A program made the translations under genes and the position numbers. The notes beneath the pieces are model-generated. The model was not told where the DNA came from and ran no database searches. It worked only from the letters and a program-made list of their open reading frames with translations. From an uncultured Saprospiraceae bacterium (GTDB taxonomy: Bacteria > Bacteroidota > Bacteroidia > Chitinophagales > Saprospiraceae), in contig CAYTZS010000002.1 in the NCBI GenBank assembly GCA_964442355.1, forward strand, positions 10,775 to 74,774: a DNA stretch of 64,000 bases. The letters run 5' to 3'. Of this stretch, positions 32,885-42,039 are shown piece after piece. How positions within the stretch are numbered: the first letter of the stretch is position 1; every line of letters begins with the position of its first letter.

Positions 32885-34087
32885 TTAGACTAAATATTTT
32901 GTGACGTCAATCATTGAGCCTTTTTCTATTTCAGGCTGAGCAATTAGATATTTATTTTCACGATAGTGAATAACCACATGCCAGTACATTCGGTCTTCAT
33001 TTTCAGTAGTCCAAAAGTTCTTGATTAGAGGTTCAAAATATTTGTATGGAATTAACAGTAAATTGTCTGGAGAGCCGCATCCATAGGCAATATAAGCATT
33101 GTCTAATGTTCTTAAAAATTCATTTTGATGTGGATGGAAAGCAAACCAAAATTTTTCATATTGACCTTGTTTGTGTGGTTTTGAAATTGAACAAATAAGT
33201 CCAGTCCTTTTATCTTTGTCAGTATATGAAATCCTCGTTTGTTTTATAAAGTTGATTTTTATTTTTTCTTGAATTCTTAATAAACATTCTTCGTGAAAAT
33301 TTACTGGAATTGCCTTATCTTCTGGTGATTTTCTCTTTTTCTTATCTGTACGAATTTCTTCTATTTCTTCAATAACGTCATCACCTTCTTCTTCAAGTTG
33401 AAGGTCTTTTGATGTCAAAAAGATAAGCTCAATTAATTTGTCAATGCGAGTGTATTCTCTCGGTTTTAACAGTTCATTGATTTGTTGGATAGTTTTTGTG
33501 TCGTTTAGTGTTTCTTTTAAACTTAAGAGCTTAAGTAAAGAATCGGTGCTTAGCAATCGGATGTCCCAAGCATGCTGCGAGCCACGAATTTGAGCTTCAA
33601 GGTCACCAGTGTCTTGTCTGCCAACTACTATCAATATAGATGATTGAACTTTGTCAATTCTTGCTTGGTCAATTAGTTTTTTTCTGTAATCTGCAATTGT
33701 GTCAAGATTTATTCTGTAGGCATCTGTTGTCTTAACTTCTACAACTAAGCTGTGATTTTCACTTGATGTCCATATGCCATCAAACCCAACATCATTTTGT
33801 TTGCCTCTATAAAGCCCATTTTGAACTGCAAAACCAAGCCGAGTTCCAATTTGATTTATTATATCTTGAAGTGCAAAGCCACCATCATCAAATTTATCTG
33901 TCAAGCAGTTATCTGCAAATTGTTTTAAAAGTGTTGAAGGTACTTGGTCTAAAAGTTCTCTAAATTCAATTGATGTGACATTATTATCCTTGAGCTTTCC
34001 ATCACCAGCAAATGCAAGAATTTGAGAAAGTGATTTTGAACTGAAAGTCCCCTTGCTTTTTGTCCAAATTTCAGATATACTATTCAT
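32885..34087 (-). CDS. orphan PD-(D/E)xK nuclease-fold protein (restriction-endonuclease-like N-terminal domain plus an unassigned C-terminal domain)
   Basis: 400 aa. The motif is D103-x13-E117-V-K119 (VGFDGIWTSSENHSLVVEVKTTD). An acidic/basic linker (EEEGDDVIEEIEEIRTDKKKRK) is followed by a roughly 130-aa C-terminal module. The gene is conspicuously AT-rich relative to its flanks. Confidence 0.65.
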   Translation of the reverse strand: MNSISEIWTKSKGTFSSKSLSQILAFAGDGKLKDNNVTSIEFRELLDQVPSTLLKQFADNCLTDKFDDGGFALQDIINQIGTRLGFAVQNGLYRGKQNDVGFDGIWTSSENHSLVVEVKTTDAYRINLDTIADYRKKLIDQARIDKVQSSILIVVGRQDTGDLEAQIRGSQHAWDIRLLSTDSLLKLLSLKETLNDTKTIQQINELLKPREYTRIDKLIELIFLTSKDLQLEEEGDDVIEEIEEIRTDKKKRKSPEDKAIPVNFHEECLLRIQEKIKINFIKQTRISYTDKDKRTGLICSISKPHKQGQYEKFWFAFHPHQNEFLRTLDNAYIAYGCGSPDNLLLIPYKYFEPLIKNFWTTENEDRMYWHVVIHYRENKYLIAQPEIEKGSMIDVTKYLV

Positions 34088-34448
34088 TTCTTATTGTATT
34101 TATCGTCTTGTATTTGAAGTATAATTTACGCCTTCGCTTGCAACGCAGCCAAACACCACGCCACAAGCCCATCCGGCCATCACCACCAACAACATCACTC
34201 TTATCACTTCAGGAGAAAAACAACAGGTAAGCAAAGTTCCATGTCATTTCTCAGGGTCATTCAATCACAGGTCGTCGGAGCCAACTATTTGGCCATTTGG
34301 TAAGCGCAATATAGCAGCACCGACAAAAGTTCCACAAGTGCCATTTATGGAATGAAATGGTTTTTGAGGGAACGGTAGCAATTGTTTAGGGAACGGTCGA
34401 AAATGGGCATTTGGGTGTTGATTGTTAGCCGTTGGTTTTTGGAGTAGG

Positions 34449-34910
34449 TTATGGGTTATTTGTCCGAATATGGGTCTCCAGCCTCATTTTCAAAATCGGA
34501 TAGTCCTTCCCTTCGCTGTCTTTATCGGTTCTGTCGTATGGCACAAACCCCATTTTGGTATAAAAATCAACAGCATGTTGATTTTGCTCGTTTACGTCCA
34601 CTTTGTCGGCTTTCAATTCATTGATTGCAAAATTGATTAACCTCCTACCAAGCCCTTGACCAATATGTTCGGGCGACAAGAATAGCATTTCAATTTTATG
34701 GTCTGCGATGCCGATGAAGCCAATCACCCCATCATCTTCCGTCAAACAAAATACTTGGAAGGCATTGAAGTCAATGTCAATCACAATATTTTTAAAATAG
34801 TCAATGTCAGATGGTGCTAAAAAATGGTGGGTGGCACGAACGGATTTTTCCCAGACTGCAATCAGTTGTTCTTTAAATCCATCGTGGTAGGGTTGTATTT
34901 CGATTTTCAT
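34449..34910 (-). CDS. GNAT-family N-acetyltransferase
   Basis: Trimmed to the ATG at 34910 (MKIEIQPYHDGFKEQLIAVW). It has the acetyl-CoA loop HIGQGLGRRLINFAI (Q/RxxGxG/A). Confidence 0.8.
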   Translation of the reverse strand: MKIEIQPYHDGFKEQLIAVWEKSVRATHHFLAPSDIDYFKNIVIDIDFNAFQVFCLTEDDGVIGFIGIADHKIEMLFLSPEHIGQGLGRRLINFAINELKADKVDVNEQNQHAVDFYTKMGFVPYDRTDKDSEGKDYPILKMRLETHIRTNNP

Positions 34911-35015
34911 ATCATCTTGTTTTAATGGATGAATGTCATTAATCCCTTCCTGAAATACTTGCACCTCTTGAGTATAAAACACGTAAAAATAGAAGGCTTT
35001 TCCAAGAACGAACAA

Positions 35016-35080
35016 GCGAGGGCATGACTACCGCCATGCCCTCGCCCTTATACCTTCATACCTCAAACCTCCATACCTTA
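35016..35080. repeat. hairpin plus ATACCT-word tract
   Basis: GCGAGGGCATG-ACTACCGC-CATGCCCTCGC, a perfect 11-bp stem, is followed by CCTTATACCTTCATACCTCAAACCTCCATACCTTA. Confidence 0.65.
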
Positions 35081-38000
35081 CTGCCCTGACCATATCGGCA
35101 AACGTCCAGGCGTATAAGGCGCCTTCGCCGCTTCCAGTTTCTTGTCGAGTGCAGGCAAATCTACTTCCACGAGCTGTTTCAGCTTCGCCAATTCCGCTTT
35201 AAACAGCTTGCCAGCGATGGCCATTTGCTCCTTCTGCGTCGTGGTAGGGGCGGAGGACGAACTCCAGATGTCGTAGCTCATGCCGTAGATGCGCTCGATA
35301 AGCGACGGGGCATGGGGCTTGTCAATTTTGGAGGCCACGCCGTCGCCGTAGAAGGCCTTGTTCATGTCCTTGATTTTCTCCTCCAACGCCTTCACGTCGT
35401 TCAGCAGATTGGTAGCTGGCTGGTTGAGGGTGTAGGTCGCTTGGCGCATATATTTGACGGTGTTGTTCACCTCACCGAGCAGGGAGGTAGCGCCGCCCCA
35501 AGCACGTTCGAGTTCGGCAGCCTGCGACACATAGGCATCGAGCGCCTGTTTGTCGTTGGCGGGCAAGGTGCTGCCGCCGAGGGTGTTCAGCTTAAACTTT
35601 TGCGGGGCGACCAACTCCGTGGCCTTACCGTTGATGACCTTCGTGAGGCCCACCGTGTAGTCGCCGGGCAGCGCCATGCGGCCACCGTCGGGGCTTTCCC
35701 ACGGCATCCGTTCGCCGCTGCTGAGGCTTACCGGCGAGGGCGAGGGCAGGCGACCATCCCAGACTTGGCGGTTCACGCCTTTTTTCCAGCCAGACTTGAT
35801 TTGACGAACGATTTGCCCGCTGCTGTTTCGGATGGTGAAAAGCAGGTACGGCGCTTCCTCGTTCTGTTCGGCTTGCAGTTCCTCGTAGGTCGGGTAGCGG
35901 ATTTCCTGCTTGTCCTTGATTTGCTTTTTCTCCCAATCCTGCCGCTTCTGTTTGAGGGTTTTCGCCTCGTCTTTTACGAAGTAGGTAAACACAGCACCCA
36001 TCGGTGGATTGGCAGCGGTAAACAGCGATGCGCCTTGGAAACCCTTGCCCGTCTGGTAGCCGAGCGGGGTGGAGACGTTGAACACGAGCGCATCTTTTAT
36101 TGGCAAAACGGCGGCTTCCTTAGTGGGCAGGTCAGCTAGGTGGCGGAGCGGCGAATAATCGTCAAGCACATAAAAGCCCCGCCCGAAAGTGCCGAGCACG
36201 AGGTCGTTTTCCCGGCGCTGGATGGCAATGTCCCGCACGGCAATCGTCGGTAGGCCGCTGGCCAATTTCTTCCAAAACTTGCCGCCGTCGTTGCTGAAAT
36301 GGCAGGTGAACTCCGTGCCGACGAAAAGCAGGTTGCGGTCCACATGGTCTTCGGCGAGGGAGTAAGCACTGCCCCGCTCTGGCATGTTTGCGCTGATGCT
36401 CACCCAAGTGCGGCCCTTGTCGGTACTCTTGAAAACGTATGGCTTGAAGTCGCCCCGCTTGTGGTTGTTGAAGGCGGCGTAAACCACGTTCTCATCGTGT
36501 TGCGAAGCAAGCAAAGCGTTCACATAAGTCAGCTCAGGCACACCGGGGAAGTTGGCGATTTTCGTCCAGGTCTTGCCGCCGTCCTCGGTGATTTGCACGA
36601 GGCCGTCGTCGGTGCCGACGTAGAGCAGGTTGGCATTCTTCGGGCTTTCCGAGAAGGCGACAATATTGCCGTACTCGCTCGTGCTGCCGTTCTTGGCGAT
36701 GGCGTCCATGCTCTGCACACGGCCCATCACGGGCAGCGTGTTGCGGTCAATCTGACGGGTCAAATCGGGGCTGATGGCCGTCCAAGTATCGCCCCGGTCT
36801 TCGGTTTTATAGACCCGGTTGGCACAAAAATAAAGGCGAGTTCCTTTGTGGCGGCTCACCGCCAACGGGCTGTCCCAGTTCCAGCGGAGGCCGTTTTCGC
36901 CTTCGAGTGGTTTGGGCTGAATGGTCGTCATTTCGCCCGATTTGCGGTCGTAGCGAGTGAGTGCGCCGTGCTGCGCCTGGGCATAGATGATGTCCGGGTT
37001 GTCGGGGTCAATCTGCGTCTCGAAGCCGTCGCCGAGGCTGGTCACGTACCAGTCGGCATTGGTGATGCCGTGGCCGTTGCGGGTGCGGCTGGGGCCACCG
37101 AGCGAGAAGTTGTCCTGTGTGCCGCCGTGGATGTGGTAGAACGGCAGCGTGTTGTCCACCTCCACTTTGTAGAATTGCGTGACGGGCAGGTTGCCGTGGT
37201 ATTTCCAGTTTTTGCCCGCATCAAAAGTCTCGTAAACGCCACCGTCGCAGCCGGAGAGCATGTAGTTCGGGTCTTTCGGGTCAATCCAGATGACGTGGTT
37301 GTCCACATGCTTGAAGTCCTCGCCGAGGTTTGTCCAAGACTTGCCGCCGTCCCGGCTTATTTTATTGAAAACATCCATCGAAACGACCGTGTTCGGCTCG
37401 GTCGGATGGGCGAAGAGTTCCACGTAGTAGTTGCCGCTGGTCACGTGGCCGCTCTGCTTCTCCCAGGATGCGCCCCGGTCGGTGCTTTTGAAAAAACCGC
37501 CCTTGCCCTCCTGCGCTTCGACCATGGCGAAGATGATTTCCGGGTCGGATGAAAACGTGAGGCCGATGCGCCCGATGTCACCGCCGGGCAGGCCGCCCGC
37601 TGCTTTTGCCCAGGTTTTTCCACCATCAACGGATTTGTAAATCGTGCTGCCAGCCCCGCCACCCACGTAGGTGAACACATGCCTGCGGCGCTGGTGCGCT
37701 GCCGCAAACAGCACATCTGGGTTGCGGGGGTCCATGATGAGGTCGGTGGCGCCCGTGTGCTCGTCAATCAGCGGCTTGCCGTCGGCACCGTTCAGTACCA
37801 TCGCCCAAGTCTTGCCGCCGTCGGTGGTTTTATACACGCCCCGCTCGCCGCCCTCCTTCCAGAGCGGGCCTTGCGCAGCAACGAAAACCACGTCCGAGTT
37901 GCGGGGGTCAACGATGATTTTGGCGATGTGCTCCGAGTTTTTCAGGCCCATGTTCGCCCAGCTTTTGCCACCGTCGTTGGAGCGATAGACGCCGTCGCCG

Positions 38001-38392
38001 TAGGCCACCGAGCGCTGGTTGTTGTTCTCGCCCGTGCCCACCCAAACCGTGCTGGGGTTGCTGGGGTCGAGCACCACGCAGCCGATGGAGTAGCTGCCCT
38101 CGCCATCGAAGATGGGTTCGTAGGTGGTGCCCGCATTGGTCGTTTTCCAGACGCCGCCGCTGGCCGAGGCCACGTAATACACGGCCCGGTTCTGTGGATG
38201 CACGGCAAAATCGCTGATGCGCCCACTCGTGACCGCCGGACCTACACTGCGCCACGAAAGGCCGAGGCCAAGCGTGTCGAGGTAGTGCTTCGGCTCCTCT
38301 TTTTTGGGTTCGTCTTTTTTGTTTTTCTGTGAAAAGGCTTGAGTGGAAAGCAGCAGCAGGGCTGCCAATAACATGTGAGTTAGTTTGTTCAT
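35078..38392 (-). CDS. sortilin/VPS10-like BNR (Asp-box) repeat protein, secreted
   Basis: 1104 aa with a signal peptide. It has many SxDxGxTW Asp-boxes (SNDGGKSW, TTDGGKTW, SVDGGKTW, STDRGASW, SRDGGKSW and others). Confidence 0.85.
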   Translation of the reverse strand: MNKLTHMLLAALLLLSTQAFSQKNKKDEPKKEEPKHYLDTLGLGLSWRSVGPAVTSGRISDFAVHPQNRAVYYVASASGGVWKTTNAGTTYEPIFDGEGSYSIGCVVLDPSNPSTVWVGTGENNNQRSVAYGDGVYRSNDGGKSWANMGLKNSEHIAKIIVDPRNSDVVFVAAQGPLWKEGGERGVYKTTDGGKTWAMVLNGADGKPLIDEHTGATDLIMDPRNPDVLFAAAHQRRRHVFTYVGGGAGSTIYKSVDGGKTWAKAAGGLPGGDIGRIGLTFSSDPEIIFAMVEAQEGKGGFFKSTDRGASWEKQSGHVTSGNYYVELFAHPTEPNTVVSMDVFNKISRDGGKSWTNLGEDFKHVDNHVIWIDPKDPNYMLSGCDGGVYETFDAGKNWKYHGNLPVTQFYKVEVDNTLPFYHIHGGTQDNFSLGGPSRTRNGHGITNADWYVTSLGDGFETQIDPDNPDIIYAQAQHGALTRYDRKSGEMTTIQPKPLEGENGLRWNWDSPLAVSRHKGTRLYFCANRVYKTEDRGDTWTAISPDLTRQIDRNTLPVMGRVQSMDAIAKNGSTSEYGNIVAFSESPKNANLLYVGTDDGLVQITEDGGKTWTKIANFPGVPELTYVNALLASQHDENVVYAAFNNHKRGDFKPYVFKSTDKGRTWVSISANMPERGSAYSLAEDHVDRNLLFVGTEFTCHFSNDGGKFWKKLASGLPTIAVRDIAIQRRENDLVLGTFGRGFYVLDDYSPLRHLADLPTKEAAVLPIKDALVFNVSTPLGYQTGKGFQGASLFTAANPPMGAVFTYFVKDEAKTLKQKRQDWEKKQIKDKQEIRYPTYEELQAEQNEEAPYLLFTIRNSSGQIVRQIKSGWKKGVNRQVWDGRLPSPSPVSLSSGERMPWESPDGGRMALPGDYTVGLTKVINGKATELVAPQKFKLNTLGGSTLPANDKQALDAYVSQAAELERAWGGATSLLGEVNNTVKYMRQATYTLNQPATNLLNDVKALEEKIKDMNKAFYGDGVASKIDKPHAPSLIERIYGMSYDIWSSSSAPTTTQKEQMAIAGKLFKAELAKLKQLVEVDLPALDKKLEAAKAPYTPGRLPIWSGQ

Positions 38393-38427
38393 TGTCGCTT
38401 GATTTGATTAGAACGGAAAGGTAGGGA

Positions 38428-38476
38428 GATTTACGATTTTGGATTTACGATTTACGAAAGGGGCTGCGTAAATCGT
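38428..38476. repeat. GATTTACGA-word hairpin, copy 1 of 3
   Basis: GATTTACGATTTTGGATTTACGATTTACGAAAGGGGCTGCGTAAATCGT. Confidence 0.75.
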
Positions 38477-39090
38477 TACTCCTGCACCGTCCCCATAAAC
38501 ACGTTCACCTTCCCATTGAACGGATTCCCCGACGAGCGGCGGAACGTCACCACCTGCCCCACGTGCCAAAGCGCATCGGCGATGGGGCCGTTCAGCAAGT
38601 GCCAGACCGGGAACTCCCGCTTGTTGTCGCCATTTTGAAAGATGATGGTCATGTCATCCAATTTGCCGCCGGACTGCTGCAGCAGCTTGCTGGCGGTTTG
38701 CAGGTTTTCCAGTACCATGCGGCGTTTTACCTCGAAGGCCAATGGCGAAGTCTCCTCGCCCGACCGGACATTGGGTAGGCTTTTGATGCCGTTCAAAATC
38801 AGGTTGGACAGTCCGAGGATATGGTCAATCGTCTCTTCACTGCTGCGGGCCTCCGGCGTGGGGCGGAAGGCGAGGTCCTCTGGCCGCAGCCCTTCGGTGG
38901 CCCAGTAGAACCGAAAGCCAAGCCCATCAATCGTGCGGGCGACGACGTTCTCAGGTGTGAATGATTCGGGGTAGGCAGGTATTTCCCGATAGGGCAAATC
39001 AGTGGACATGGCTGGCATCGTTTCGGTTTGTGAAGAGGACGGGATTTGAAGCGAAAGCGTCAGTAGTACAGGGAGTATTTTTTTCAGCAT
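38476..39090 (-). CDS. DinB-like secreted protein
   Basis: Trimmed to the ATG at 39090 (MLKKILPVLLTLSLQIPSSS). The His pattern (IDHIL ... LWHVGQ) resembles DinB-superfamily proteins. Confidence 0.6.
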   Translation of the reverse strand: MLKKILPVLLTLSLQIPSSSQTETMPAMSTDLPYREIPAYPESFTPENVVARTIDGLGFRFYWATEGLRPEDLAFRPTPEARSSEETIDHILGLSNLILNGIKSLPNVRSGEETSPLAFEVKRRMVLENLQTASKLLQQSGGKLDDMTIIFQNGDNKREFPVWHLLNGPIADALWHVGQVVTFRRSSGNPFNGKVNVFMGTVQE

Positions 39091-39194
39091 GTTGGATTGT
39101 TTTGGCAAAAATAAGCAAACAGCCAGGCGGATGAGGTGATGGTCTCAAAAATCGTGAAGGAGTGATGGGAGGTTTGTCCGTCACCAATATACCA

Positions 39195-39701
39195 TCAGTA
39201 CAGCATCACCCTCGCCTCCTTTGCCCCCAACGATTCGAGATACTCCTTCACCGCCAGCGCCTCATCGCCACCCTGTATGGCGTGGTGCAGCAGCGTGTAA
39301 CCGTGCGGCCCCTTGGCGTGGAGGGTGCTGGGGAACGCCTCCAGCATCGGCTTCACGATTTCTATTTTGCCAAACAGGCAGGCTGTGAAAATATTCGCTT
39401 GAGCTCCTTTTTCGAGGAGGAAAAGCACCAGTTCCTTGTAGCCGACGTGGCTGGCAGCGCCAAGGCAGGTCTCGAAATCGCCAAACTTCCAGTCGTGGGC
39501 AGCATTGAGGAGGTTGGGCGTCTCGGCGAGCAGGTTTTTCACCTTGTCCATGTCACGGTGACCAGCGCCGACGAAGGAGGCCACGAGTTCTTTGTCCAAT
39601 TGCGGGTCGGTTGAAGATGGAAAAACGTTTGCAAAAGCGGGCAACCCTGTGGCCACCAGCCCGGTCACTCCCATTTGTTGGATAAAAGTCTTGCGGTTCA
39701 T
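39195..39701 (-). CDS. ankyrin-repeat protein with an N-terminal export signal
   Basis: 168 aa. It has ankyrin-type repeats (GYTLLHHAIQGGDEALAVKEYLESLGA, and TCLGAASHVGYKELVLFLLEKGA). Confidence 0.75.
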   Translation of the reverse strand: MNRKTFIQQMGVTGLVATGLPAFANVFPSSTDPQLDKELVASFVGAGHRDMDKVKNLLAETPNLLNAAHDWKFGDFETCLGAASHVGYKELVLFLLEKGAQANIFTACLFGKIEIVKPMLEAFPSTLHAKGPHGYTLLHHAIQGGDEALAVKEYLESLGAKEARVMLY

Positions 39702-39867
39702 GCACTCGTTTTTTAATAGCCCTGTTCATTTAAGGCTACAAGCGGCAAGGACATACAAGACCATCAACGGACGCATGGATTTCGCAATTATTTAACCCCA
39801 TCTTCATTCGGGTAAGAATGTGCTCGGCTACCTTCGCCGCATTGCTTTATTTTCAAAACGAAAAACA

Positions 39868-40986
39868 ATGAAATACTCCCTCACTATCCTGTTCGTCTGC
39901 TTCGGAATCTTGCTGGTCGCCCAAGCCCCGCACCCCCACACCCACGACCGCAGCATCCACTTCCCCGATGTGGCTGGTTATCGTTCGCTCGTCTGCGATT
40001 TCCACCAGCACACGGTCTTCAGCGACGGCAGCGTCTGGCCAAACATCCGGGTGCAGGAGGCCCTGCGCGACAGCGTGGACGCCATCTCCCTCACCGAACA
40101 CTTGGAGTACCAGCCACACAAGGAGGATATACCCCACCCCGACCGCAACCGCTCCTATGTTGTAGCACAACAGGCTGCCAAGGCGTTTAACCTCATCGTC
40201 ATCAACGGCTCTGAAATCACGCGGGACATGCCACCCGGCCACAACAACGCCATCTTCATCACCGATGCCAACAAACTGCTCGTGGACGACCCGTTGGACG
40301 CCTTCAAGGAGGCACAGCGACAGGGCGCTTTCGTGTTTTGGAACCACCCCAACTGGATAGCACAAACGAAAGACGGCCTTGCGAAGCTGACCGATATGCA
40401 CCGCCAACTCATCGCCAATAACCAACTTCACGGCATCGAGGTGGTAAACGAAACGACCTACTCCGAAGAGGCACTCCAAATCGCCCTCGACCAGAACCTC
40501 GCCATCATGGGCACCTCCGACGTGCACGGCCTCGTGGATTGGGACTACAAAATCGCCGAAGGCGGCCACCGTCCGGTCACGCTCGTATTCGCCAAAGAGC
40601 GCACTGCCGAAGCCATCAAGGAGGCGCTCTTTGACCGCCGCACCGCCGTCTGGTTCAACAACACGCTCATCGCGCGGGAACGGGAGATGACGCCACTGCT
40701 GCAAGCAAGCATCAGCGTGGAAAAAGCCAGCTACATTGGCCCATCCAGCGTGTGCGAGGTGCTGCTCCGCAACGGCAGCGACGCAGAGTTTGTGCTATTC
40801 AACACTGGCGAGTTCACGCTGCACGAGCATGCTGATATTGTGGTACTGAACCCCAATGGTACGACGAAAATACAGGTAAAAACAAAGGAGCAGTTGCCCG
40901 TTTTCAACCTCAGTTTTGATGTGCTGAACTGCGTGACGGCACCGGGGAAGCACCCGCAGTTGCAGTTGAGCGTGAAGGGTATCTAG
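39868..40986 (+). CDS. PHP-domain metal-dependent phosphoesterase (Sb-PDE-like)
   Basis: Trimmed to the ATG at 39868, with a signal peptide. It has the PHP motif CDFHQHTVFSDG, plus SLTEH and NHPN blocks. Confidence 0.75.
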   Translation: MKYSLTILFVCFGILLVAQAPHPHTHDRSIHFPDVAGYRSLVCDFHQHTVFSDGSVWPNIRVQEALRDSVDAISLTEHLEYQPHKEDIPHPDRNRSYVVAQQAAKAFNLIVINGSEITRDMPPGHNNAIFITDANKLLVDDPLDAFKEAQRQGAFVFWNHPNWIAQTKDGLAKLTDMHRQLIANNQLHGIEVVNETTYSEEALQIALDQNLAIMGTSDVHGLVDWDYKIAEGGHRPVTLVFAKERTAEAIKEALFDRRTAVWFNNTLIAREREMTPLLQASISVEKASYIGPSSVCEVLLRNGSDAEFVLFNTGEFTLHEHADIVVLNPNGTTKIQVKTKEQLPVFNLSFDVLNCVTAPGKHPQLQLSVKGI

Positions 40987-41282
40987 GAGGTGTGTGTGGA
41001 GGAAACTATAAGTTGCCTCCCAACTATCTGCAAAAAAACAATGCTCATTCGTGCTCCTCCTTTTTTATTGGAAATAGCTCATTGTTTTTGAAAGCGTTTG
41101 CACAGCTATAAAGCTATGATGTTTCAATTATCCTGCAAAATCGAGCCGTTTACACGGCTTGTTAATGTGTAGAATAAAACCAATCAAACATACTTGGGGT
41201 TGGATTATTCGTCACAGCTGAAGTTGCCCCTGACTAGCAAACAAGATTCTTCGTTTATTTGCACCATTTAAACCTATCCATC

Positions 41283-41801
41283 ATGAAAATGCGCCTTGTC
41301 CTTTTCTTACCCCTATGCATTGCCTTCGTTACCAGCTTCCAGGCCGTTGCACAGGACATGGTCGGCAAGACCCTGCCCGACGTCGAGGTATTCACCTTGG
41401 TGGACAGTCAGGCCGTCAAGGCCAATACGCTGCATACACCCGGCAAGCCCACGATGGTCATTGTCTGGAATTCGATGATGAAGCCCGCCAAGGCGGAACT
41501 GGACTCCCTGCACAAGGTCTATCCCCTCTGGCAGGAAAAATACGGCTTCGAGGTTATCGCCATCGCCTCTGAGTACCCCAAGTTCAAGAACACTAACTTG
41601 AAGAAATTCTTGCCCAACCGCAACTATACCTACCGCATTTATTACGATGCCACCATGCGTTTTACCAGCGCAACGGCTTCCCATTCAATGCCTGCTAGTT
41701 TCTTCCTCGATAAACAAGGTATCATTCGGGCCAAAATGGTCGGCTTCGAACCCAGCGATTTGGCCAAGTATGAAGCACAGTTGATGGAATTGTCGAGATA
41801 G
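41283..41801 (+). CDS. thioredoxin-fold (TlpA/ResA-like) protein that lacks the CxxC motif
   Basis: Trimmed to the ATG at 41283, with a signal peptide. It reads PTMVIVWNSMMKPAKAEL where TlpA-type proteins have WxxWCxPC. The later MPASFFLDKQGII block matches the cis-Pro region. Confidence 0.65.
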   Translation: MKMRLVLFLPLCIAFVTSFQAVAQDMVGKTLPDVEVFTLVDSQAVKANTLHTPGKPTMVIVWNSMMKPAKAELDSLHKVYPLWQEKYGFEVIAIASEYPKFKNTNLKKFLPNRNYTYRIYYDATMRFTSATASHSMPASFFLDKQGIIRAKMVGFEPSDLAKYEAQLMELSR

Positions 41802-41909
41802 GGACGCCCGGTCATGCATCTCTATCAACCTGCAAACACATTCGTCCTTCCATTGCATAAATTGCCCGCCGAGCGCCATCACGCCTCATCTGTGTACGAC
41901 CAATTTTTT

Positions 41910-41929
41910 TTCAGCACAAATGTGCTGAA
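41910..41929. repeat. perfect palindrome TTCAGCAC-AAAT-GTGCTGAA
   Basis: It is preceded by a T-run and lies about 110 nt downstream of the TlpA-like gene and about 110 nt upstream of ftcD. It could be a terminator or an operator. Confidence 0.5.
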
Positions 41930-42000
41930 ATCAGAATTTATGCACTTGTGAGATTCGCATTGAAGAGTACCATCCTTATGAAATTTAAACGCTGCATAAC

Positions 42001-42008
42001 TACTTTTG
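42001..42008 (+). promoter_or_regulatory. candidate -7 box (TACTTTTG)
   Basis: TAnnTTTG match 31 nt upstream of the GTG start at 42040. Confidence 0.3.
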
Positions 42009-42039
42009 CGGCCCAACATCAATCTTCAACCAAATTATC

